Positions 1 to 7,875 of a stretch of DNA of 32,000 nt are shown here, piece by piece; position 1 is the first letter of the stretch, and each line of letters begins with the position of its first letter. A program made the translations under genes and the position numbers. The notes beneath the pieces are model-generated. The model was not told the DNA's origin. It worked only from the letters and a program-made list of their open reading frames with translations, and did no database searches. The stretch comes from Opitutia bacterium KCR 482 (GTDB lineage: Bacteria > Verrucomicrobiota > Verrucomicrobiia > Opitutales > Intestinicryptomonadaceae), in the NCBI GenBank assembly GCA_029269845.2, contig CP149973.1:1710001-1742000 (forward strand), in the 5' to 3' direction.

Positions 1-2043
<2,043 letters not shown>

Positions 2044-2178
2044 ATTACAAAATTGTGCGCCTTTTTTAAAATAGAGTTATCAGCATTTGGAGCTGAATTG
2101 GGTTGATAAATCCGCGCTACATGCTTTGAATTTGCAAAGCGGTTGAGAGAGAGCCGAGGCAACATCTACGATGAAACT

Positions 2179-2292
2179 CTGGTGATCATAGGCGAGAGGA
2201 AACACACGTTCCCATCTCGAACACGCTCGTTAAGCTCTCAGCCGCCGATGGTAGTACGACCCCGCTGTCGTGCGAGAGTAGGTTGTTGCCAG
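2179..2292 (+). rRNA. rrf: 5S ribosomal RNA
   Basis: About 114 nt containing CCCATCTCGAACACG...GCCGATGGTAGT...GCGAGAGTAGG. The 5' CTGGTGAT and 3' GTTGCCAG can pair as helix I. It lies ~135 nt downstream of the 23S end. Ends are accurate to about +/-3 nt. Confidence 0.9.
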
Positions 2293-2298
2293 TCTAAT

Positions 2299-2336
2299 GA
2301 GCCCCGACGTCCCAAAGGATGTCGGGGCTCTCTTTG
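2299..2336 (+). terminator. rrn operon terminator hairpin
   Basis: GAGCCCCGACGTCC-CAAA-GGATGTCGGGGCTC is a near-perfect stem (one G-T wobble pair), followed by TCTTTGT, and sits immediately after the 5S gene. Confidence 0.6.
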
Positions 2337-2363
2337 TATGCGGATGTCCGCTCGCACGACAGC
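2313..2363. repeat. 51-bp inverted repeat, left copy (partner at 4292-4342)
   Basis: CAAAGGATGTCGGGGCTCTCTTTGTATGCGGATGTCCGCTCGCACGACAGC equals the reverse complement of 4292-4342 with 1 mismatch. It overlaps the right arm of the 5S terminator. Confidence 0.9.
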
Positions 2364-2500
2364 TGGGGTTATCGGCTGTTGTTCAACTATATCCGCCGAC
2401 TCGGTGAAACTCTTAACCACAAGAAGTTTTTGAGAATCTACCGAGAGAAACATCTGCAAATAGGCAAACGAAGCCGTCGCAAGGAACGCCGTTTCGACCG
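2345..2500 (+). pseudogene. IS3-family (IS2/IS407-like) transposase OrfB fragment
   Basis: The translated segment WGYRLLFNYIRRLGETLNHKKFLRIYREKHLQIGKRSRRKERRFDRVKSGNPLAFV resembles the conserved GYRR(I/L)..LLRREG..VNHKRVYRLYREEGLQ.R.RRRK...N..WAMDFV stretch at the OrfB N-terminus. No DDE core follows. Confidence 0.4.
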
Positions 2501-2720
2501 AGTAAAAAGCGGGAACCCGTTGGCTTTCGTTCGACGCTTACGCGCATGTCTCCGCTGCGGATTTGGCGGGTTGAAAGCGGGTGATACTATCGCTTTCGCA
2601 AAATGATTGACGGGGGTCGGAAAAAATGTTTTTTATGCTATCGGTAAATGGTGTTTTGCCATATGCCTTTCTGTATAGAATTATACAAATTGAATAAAAA
2701 ACATAACAAAAATTAATACT

Positions 2721-4058
2721 ATGATGAGAAAAATTCCTTTTTGGTGGAGGGTAAGCAAGACGAATATAGTCGCAGCAATTCTTGCAATTTGTTTGTCGGC
2801 TAATTTAACAGTCCACGCGCAAAAGTATCAACCGACGCAGGAGAATTTGGAATCTCGCAAAGAGTTTCAAGACGATAAGTTCGGCATTTTTCTTCACTGG
2901 GGTTTGTATAGCATGCTTGCCTCAGGAGAATGGACGATGGCTCAGAAGAACTTGAATTACAAGGAATATGCCAAGTTGGCGGAGGGTTTTTATCCGTCCA
3001 AGTTTGATGCCGCAAAGTGGGTGTCTGCCATCAAGGCGTCGGGTGCAAAGTACATCTGCTTCACCTCCCGCCATCACGACGGCTTTTCGATGTTCAATAC
3101 AAAGTATTCCGATTACAACATCGTTGACGCAACTCCGTTCAAGCGCGATATTTTGAAAGAGCTTGCCGACGAATGCCACAAGCAGGGAATCCGCTTGCAT
3201 ATCTATTATTCGCATATCGACTGGTATCGCGAGGACGCTGTATGGGGTAAAACTGGCAGAGGCACGGGGCGTCCCAATCCGCAGGGAGATTGGAAGAGCT
3301 ATTACAAGTTCATGAACAACCAGCTTACCGAAATCTTGACAAACTATGGCAAGATAGGCGCAATATGGTTCGATGGTCTGTGGGATCAAAACAACAACCC
3401 AAATTTCGACTGGCAACTGCCCGAGCAATACGAATTGATACACCGCTTGCAGCCCGCCTGCCTCATCGGCAATAACCACCACAAAGTGCCTTTCGAGGGA
3501 GAAGACTTTCAGATGTTTGAGCGCGACCTCCCCGGCGAAAACAAGGCGGGGCTCTCGGGGCAAGATGTCAGCCATCTGCCGCTCGAAACATGCGAGACGA
3601 TGAACGGCATGTGGGGGTATAAAATCGCCGACAAGAATTATAAATCAACAAAGACCTTGATTCATTATCTCGTGAATGCGGCAGGCAAGAACGCCAACTT
3701 GCTCATGAATATCGGACCCCAGCCCAATGGCGAGCTTCCCGCTGTCGCATTGGATAGATTGGCGGAAATGGGAAAATGGATGAAGGTTTACGGCGAGACG
3801 ATTTACGGCACGCGCGGCGGAATCGTAGCTCCCCACGATTGGGGGGTAACGACCCAAAAGGGCAACCGCCTTTTCGTGCATATCCTCAACCTGAAAGATA
3901 AATCGCTCTTCCTCCCCATCGGCGAGCGCGAGGTTAAGAAAGCTTTCGACTTCGCAAGCAAGAAAGCCGTGAAGGTGCAGAAAGTCGACGGCGGCATTGT
4001 CATTTCTTTTGACGCCGTGCCGAATGACATTGATAAGGTCGTGGAAATCGTCTTGTAG
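2721..4058 (+). CDS. secreted alpha-L-fucosidase, glycoside hydrolase family 29
   Basis: 445-aa ORF with an N-terminal signal-like segment (IVAAILAICLSANLTVHAQ). GH29 hallmarks are present: FGIFLHWGLYS, YICFTSRHHDGFSMFNT, TPFKRDILKELADECHKQGIRLHIYYS, GAIWFDG. Confidence 0.93.
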   Translation: MMRKIPFWWRVSKTNIVAAILAICLSANLTVHAQKYQPTQENLESRKEFQDDKFGIFLHWGLYSMLASGEWTMAQKNLNYKEYAKLAEGFYPSKFDAAKWVSAIKASGAKYICFTSRHHDGFSMFNTKYSDYNIVDATPFKRDILKELADECHKQGIRLHIYYSHIDWYREDAVWGKTGRGTGRPNPQGDWKSYYKFMNNQLTEILTNYGKIGAIWFDGLWDQNNNPNFDWQLPEQYELIHRLQPACLIGNNHHKVPFEGEDFQMFERDLPGENKAGLSGQDVSHLPLETCETMNGMWGYKIADKNYKSTKTLIHYLVNAAGKNANLLMNIGPQPNGELPAVALDRLAEMGKWMKVYGETIYGTRGGIVAPHDWGVTTQKGNRLFVHILNLKDKSLFLPIGEREVKKAFDFASKKAVKVQKVDGGIVISFDAVPNDIDKVVEIVL

Positions 4059-4090
4059 TAGATAGAAGCAAACGGCATTTCATTGATAAC

Positions 4091-4171
4091 AAAAGAGCCT
4101 TTCGGAATTTCGAAAGGCTCTTGTTTTGTGTGGGGCTGTTATGCGGTGAGGATGGCGGCGATTTTTTTGCG
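4091..4171. repeat. 81-bp direct repeat, copy A (candidate att site of the integrase islet)
   Basis: Matches 7064-7144 at 76/81 positions (5 substitutions, no gaps). It contains the terminator hairpin plus GTGGGGCTGTTATGCGGTGAGGA.GGCGGCGATT.TTTTGCG. Confidence 0.9.
4092..4127. terminator. bidirectional hairpin terminator after the fucosidase gene
   Basis: AGAGCCTTTCG-GAATTT-CGAAAGGCTCT is flanked by an A-run upstream and TTGTTTT downstream. Confidence 0.6.
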
Positions 4172-4291
4172 CCCTTGTATGTCCGCCGCCCATTTGCCTA
4201 TTCTTGACGTCAGCACTACCGCCGATTTCCCCGTGTCGGGGTTGGCGAAAATCGTCTGTCCTGTTTTTCGGGCACACAGCACGACAAGTCC
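4139..4291 (-). pseudogene. 3' fragment of a gene, possibly a Gfo/Idh/MocA-type oxidoreductase C-terminus
   Basis: The ORF tail is ...LVVLCARKTGQTIFANPDTGKSAVVLTSRIGKWAADIQGRKKIAAILTA*. The QTIFANPDTG stretch resembles RTIKWNPDTE near the C-terminus of the intact oxidoreductase at 29809-31125. Upstream, the reading frame runs into the 51-bp repeat. Confidence 0.3.
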
Positions 4292-4342
4292 GCTGTCGTG
4301 CGAGCGGGCATCCGCATACAAAGAGAGCCCCGACATCCTTTG
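4292..4342. repeat. 51-bp inverted repeat, right copy (partner at 2313-2363)
   Basis: Reverse complement of 2313-2363 with 50/51 identity. Confidence 0.9.
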
Positions 4343-4479
4343 CACGCGTCTGCTTTGGTTGGCTTACGCCAATCCGCGCAGTACGCGCCCTGCGGGTAAT
4401 TGACTCGCGCAAATTATGCTCCCCAAAAGCTTTTTGCGCTTCGCACAAAAACTTTTGTGTTCGGATATACAAAAAAAGA

Positions 4480-4527
4480 GAGGCGCAAGCTTCTTTCGAA
4501 ACTTACGCCTCATTAGACTGGCAACAA
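4480..4527 (-). other. orphan 5S rRNA 3' tail plus terminator-like hairpin, in inverted orientation
   Basis: 4509-4527 is the perfect reverse complement of 2283-2301 (TTGTTGCCAGTCTAATGAG, the last ~10 nt of 5S plus 9 nt downstream). On the minus strand it is followed by the hairpin GAGGCGTAAG-TTTCGAAAGAAG-CTTGCGCCTC and then CTCTTTTTTTGTAT. This is the same layout as the sequence downstream of the real 5S gene. Confidence 0.75.
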
Positions 4528-4573
4528 TGAATTGAAGCTCACTGCATAGCAGTAGGGTTTAGTTCATTTTCGC

Positions 4574-5572
4574 TTAGTTGAAAAATCCGCGCGCTTCGGG
4601 GCGGGAGACGCCGCGCATGTTGACGTAGCGCGAGCGGAGGAGCGACTGGTCGCGGTGTCCCATGTTTAGTTGCAGGCGGGGCAGGTCGGAAAAGCGTTTT
4701 GCGTGGAAGCTTGCGTAGGTGTGGCGGAGAATGTCCTGAATCCAACGGCCGCGAAAGCCCGAAGTGTCGCGGATTCTGCGCCAGCGACGCCGCCAGTTGG
4801 GCGGGCAGACTTTCCTCTCTATCGGCTCTACCCTGTTGGGGGAGAGAATGCGGTTGAGCGCGGGCGAAATTTCCACCTGCCGCACGCCGCCAGTCTTCGA
4901 GCATAGCGAGCGCACGGTGATTGTCTGCTCTTCGGTGTCGATGTCGCGCCAAGTGAGCCGCACTACCTCGCGAGGTCGGATTCCCGCATAAACCAAGAGC
5001 GCGGCGGCGACCCCGCAACTCGGGCTTTCCTTTTGCGCGGTCTTGATAAGACGTTTTACTTCATGAAGTTTAAGCGGCTGAATCTCTTTCTCGATGACCT
5101 TTTTGCGCTCGATTCGCTTTATCGGGTTGCGCTCGCACCATTCGCGGCGGATTGCGAACTCGAAAAGCCCGTGAAACATCGCCCGCGCCTTGTTGTGCTG
5201 CGACGGTGTTGAAAATGCGGAATTTATCCACTCTTCGCATTCCGCAACGGAAAGCTCGGAAAAATTGCGCTTGCCGAGTTCGGGCTTGGCTTTCAAAAGG
5301 CGTTTGCCCAAGTAGCGAATGTCGTTGAACGAATCCTTGCGCAAGTGCCGCTTGGATTCCAAATAAACGGCAAAGCCCTCCGAAACGGACATCTCGACAA
5401 TGTGAAGTTGTCGCTTGCCCGCTTCGATAATTTTCGAGCAGAATTGAACAGGCGTAAGAGTAGAGCCTTTCGGAAAAGCGTCGAGGGCGTTGCAAATTAA
5501 CCTTGCGGCGTCTAAAATTGAAATTCCTCTCCCTTCAAGGAGCGTTGTAGCTGAAATGATTTCGTTTGTCAT
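4574..5572 (-). CDS. tyrosine recombinase / phage-type integrase
   Basis: 332-aa ORF with the catalytic-domain pattern: LLVYAGIRPREVVRLTWRDID (Arg box I), ILRHTYASFHAKRF (HxxR), LQLNMGHRDQSLLRSRYVN (His...Tyr). Confidence 0.9.
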   Translation of the reverse strand: MTNEIISATTLLEGRGISILDAARLICNALDAFPKGSTLTPVQFCSKIIEAGKRQLHIVEMSVSEGFAVYLESKRHLRKDSFNDIRYLGKRLLKAKPELGKRNFSELSVAECEEWINSAFSTPSQHNKARAMFHGLFEFAIRREWCERNPIKRIERKKVIEKEIQPLKLHEVKRLIKTAQKESPSCGVAAALLVYAGIRPREVVRLTWRDIDTEEQTITVRSLCSKTGGVRQVEISPALNRILSPNRVEPIERKVCPPNWRRRWRRIRDTSGFRGRWIQDILRHTYASFHAKRFSDLPRLQLNMGHRDQSLLRSRYVNMRGVSRPEARGFFN

Positions 5573-5587
5573 GGTATTGATAATACC
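5573..5587. promoter_or_regulatory. 15-bp palindromic operator-like site abutting the integrase start codon
   Basis: GGTATTGATAATACC has arms GGTATT/AATACC. Read on the minus strand it is GGTATTATCAATACC followed directly by the integrase ATG. Confidence 0.5.
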
Positions 5588-5752
5588 CTGTACGGGAATT
5601 TTATGTTAAGATATTGATATATAGAATAAAACCCGAATATACAAATAAAGCATTATCCCTGTAAATCATGAAACGCTGGAATCTAAAAAATTATTGCAAG
5701 CGCCTTTTATTCAAAAGATTCAAAAGTATTTTGGACTTTTTTATTTGACACT

Positions 5753-5767
5753 GGTATTATCAATACC
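5753..5767. promoter_or_regulatory. second copy of the 15-bp palindrome, upstream of the cargo operon
   Basis: GGTATTATCAATACC on the plus strand lies 3 nt after a TTGACA hexamer (5745-5750) and 39 nt before the ATG at 5807. It has the same orientation relative to its gene as the first copy. Confidence 0.5.
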
Positions 5768-5806
5768 ATAGTCTGCCAGCCATATAATTAAAACAAGGGA
5801 AACAAA

Positions 5807-6271
5807 ATGGCGATATACGGCGCAGGCTCGGTATGGGCAGAGGGCGAAGTGATGGAAAATTTCTTCGCCAACGATAATTTTGTCTTGGGGTGGGGATACG
5901 ATGACGCGGAAGATTTATACGGACTCATCTCTTCTGTAAAAACCGGCGATATTATTTATCTAAAATCGAAGTCGCCGAAGTCGCCGAGAATGACCGTAAA
6001 AGCAATAGGCATTGTTTCAAAATCGCTGGTGCATTACTTGATAGCCAAGAAAACAAAGACGGCGGAGTTGCCTGATGAAACAGAGGCGGCGCGATTGGCT
6101 GACGGCGGAAATCTTGCAATAGGCGTCAAGTGGATAGTTAAAACCCCGTTTGAATTGGATATAGAAGAAAGCCGAGGAAAACTGACAACAATACGCCCGT
6201 CGAGCTTCTACGAAGAATTTCTTCCCAGCGTGCAACGCGCAATAATAGACCATTTAACAAACCAACTATGA
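5807..6271 (+). CDS. hypothetical protein, PUA/EVE/McrB-N-like fold suspected
   Basis: 154-aa ORF in an AT-rich segment. The pattern IYGAGSVW...NFVLGWGYDD...VKTGDIIYLKS...MTVKAIGIVSKS resembles small beta-barrel reader domains of the EVE/ASCH/McrB N-terminal type. Its stop overlaps the next start (ATGA at 6268-6271). Confidence 0.6.
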   Translation: MAIYGAGSVWAEGEVMENFFANDNFVLGWGYDDAEDLYGLISSVKTGDIIYLKSKSPKSPRMTVKAIGIVSKSLVHYLIAKKTKTAELPDETEAARLADGGNLAIGVKWIVKTPFELDIEESRGKLTTIRPSSFYEEFLPSVQRAIIDHLTNQL

Positions 6272-7059
6272 AGCATAAAATACTTTTTGTTGCCTTGTTC
6301 TTAGCTTTCAGCACGGCTTCTTTTGTTTTCACGAATTGCGTAGAAAAAACAGGCAAACTATCTTCACTTTCTGATTCTGCGCAAACTTCAGAGTCGTTGA
6401 ACGAAGAGGAAAAAGATATTTTGGCAGAATTTGAATCTGCGAACCCTCTTCCAGCACAGCCCGCTCCTGTGAATCCTACTCTTATGACGCTTACTCCTGC
6501 CAAATCTATCCCGCAGCCTCCTATCTTGGCAGGCAGGAAATTTGACTTTTCAAAATATACGAAGATTTATATCGATGATTTGTCCAGCGAGTTTTCCAAA
6601 GCGTATCAAAAAAATAAACTTGCCGCAGAGGAAAAATATCTTGGGAAACGAATTTGTACGATAGGCCGTATAGAATTCATATCAAAAGCGGATGGGTTGT
6701 TTGATGATGTTTATGTTTTACGCATTAACGATAGAGTGGTTGATTTGTATTGTGAATTATCTAAAGAATACAAGGATTATATATTAAAAATAGAAAATGG
6801 CGATGCGATAGCTATTTGCGGGTATTTTTTTGTAGATTTTGAACCAAAATATAAGATGAAATTAAAAAATTGCACTATTATTAAAAATTTTGGGAAAAAA
6901 TATATATGGGAAATAAAAGATAAGATTGATCCTGGCGAGTTTGGTGTAGTCAAGTATGAGTGTAAAACTTGCAAAGCAACATTTTGGGCAAAAGGTTATT
7001 TCGATCCTCGTTATAGGTTGTGTCAGAATTGCGGATATTGCGGTTTTAAGAAGCTTTAA
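6268..7059 (+). CDS. secreted (possibly lipo-) protein with OB-fold tRNA_anti-like domain and C-terminal zinc ribbon
   Basis: 263 aa. Signal sequence MKHKILFVALFLAFSTASFVFTNC has Cys24. The core FSKAYQKNKLAAEEKYLGKRICTIGRIEFIS...VYVLRIND..VDLYCELSKEY...IENGDAIAICGYF matches the PF12869-type pattern (N..aA..kY.gk.i.v.G.v). The C-terminus carries CKTC...CQNC...C. Confidence 0.7.
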   Translation: MKHKILFVALFLAFSTASFVFTNCVEKTGKLSSLSDSAQTSESLNEEEKDILAEFESANPLPAQPAPVNPTLMTLTPAKSIPQPPILAGRKFDFSKYTKIYIDDLSSEFSKAYQKNKLAAEEKYLGKRICTIGRIEFISKADGLFDDVYVLRINDRVVDLYCELSKEYKDYILKIENGDAIAICGYFFVDFEPKYKMKLKNCTIIKNFGKKYIWEIKDKIDPGEFGVVKYECKTCKATFWAKGYFDPRYRLCQNCGYCGFKKL

Positions 7060-7063
7060 CCCA

Positions 7064-7144
7064 AAAAGAGCCTTTCGGGATTCCGAAAGGCTCTTGTTTT
7101 GAGTGGGGCTGTTATGCGGTGAGGAGGGCGGCGATTCTTTTGCG
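7064..7144. repeat. 81-bp direct repeat, copy B (includes the terminator hairpin for the cargo operon)
   Basis: See copy A; identity is 76/81. Confidence 0.9.
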
Positions 7145-7251
7145 TCGGCGTCGTTTTGCGCCGCGAGAAGCTTGCCGAATGCGAACGGCAGGACAAACCC
7201 CGTTTTCAGGAAAGCTCTTCTGTGTGTGTTATGAATCATGGCTTGAATCAT
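7145..7251 (-). pseudogene. orphan N-terminus with a consensus twin-arginine (Tat) signal
   Basis: The minus-strand ORF begins MIQAMIHNTHRRAFLKTGFVLPFAFGKLLAAQ, with RRAFLK matching the RRxFLK Tat consensus. After ~35 codons it runs into repeat copy B and no enzyme domain follows. Confidence 0.4.
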
Positions 7252-7341
7252 AAAGCGCGGCGGCTGCGGTTGCGGTAAAGCTTTTGTTGCGCGGCGGGCG
7301 AAAAGGCTTGAACGCGCGTCGGCGATGTCTTAATAATTAGG

Positions 7342-7791
7342 TTGAAAGGCGCGGATGTGCGGCGGGATACCGAAAACGTTTTTTATTCGAAAGTGGACGC
7401 TTGGCTTGTGTGGCTGTTTGGCGGAGCGTTTGCGCTTGCCGCGTGCGCGGCGTTTTTCCTGCTTTGGGACGGCGACTACTGCGCGTTTGCGGCGTTCGCA
7501 TTGTTTGATATTTTTGTATTCTCAATCGTATTTTATGGCATATGGAATTGCCGCTACGTTTTCGGCGAAGCCTGTCTTGAAATCTGCGGATTTTGGCGCA
7601 TGAGGATTCAGTATTCCGACATAAGAAATTTCCGCGACACTTTCGATATAATGTCCGCGCCAGCATTATCGCTCGACCGAATTGAAATAGGCTACGTCGG
7701 CAAGTCTGGAAAGCGGCTGAGCGTGTGCGTGTCGCCGCGCGACAAACGGCGTTTTGCGGAAATGCTTGCGGCGCGAATGCGCGGAGAATAG
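7342..7791 (+). CDS. membrane protein with bacterial PH (bPH_4/DUF1200-like) domain
   Basis: 149 aa (TTG start, uncertain). Two hydrophobic helices are followed by Y.F.E..LEI..G...I.Y.DI...R......APALSLDRIEI.Y......VSP.D...F, as in PF06713-type proteins. Confidence 0.6.
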   Translation: MKGADVRRDTENVFYSKVDAWLVWLFGGAFALAACAAFFLLWDGDYCAFAAFALFDIFVFSIVFYGIWNCRYVFGEACLEICGFWRMRIQYSDIRNFRDTFDIMSAPALSLDRIEIGYVGKSGKRLSVCVSPRDKRRFAEMLAARMRGE

Positions 7792-7833
7792 GGCGGGGTT
7801 GTCTTCCCGATTTCAGGTTAAGGCGGCGATAAT
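7721..7833. repeat. direct repeat, copy 1 (3' end of the bPH gene plus downstream sequence)
   Basis: 7721-7813 matches 10055-10147 at 91/93 positions. Weaker similarity continues ~20 bp further. Confidence 0.9.
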
Positions 7834-7875
7834 TGTGTTGATTTCTCCGTGCGTTTTTCGGAGAATATTCCGAAT

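Larger units (their letters stand above)
4091..7144. mobile_element. small integrative islet (integrase plus two-gene cargo) bounded by 81-bp direct repeats
   Basis: Direct repeats lie at 4091-4171 and 7064-7144, and the integrase is near the left repeat. The cargo segment (~5573-7060) is visibly AT-rich compared with the flanks. Confidence 0.6.

Noticed and set aside
2294-2720. tRNA genes or further rRNA-operon components downstream of 5S
   Set aside because: I saw no tRNA-like conserved loops. The region is explained by the terminator hairpin, the IS3-like fragment and an AT-rich promoter region for the fucosidase gene.
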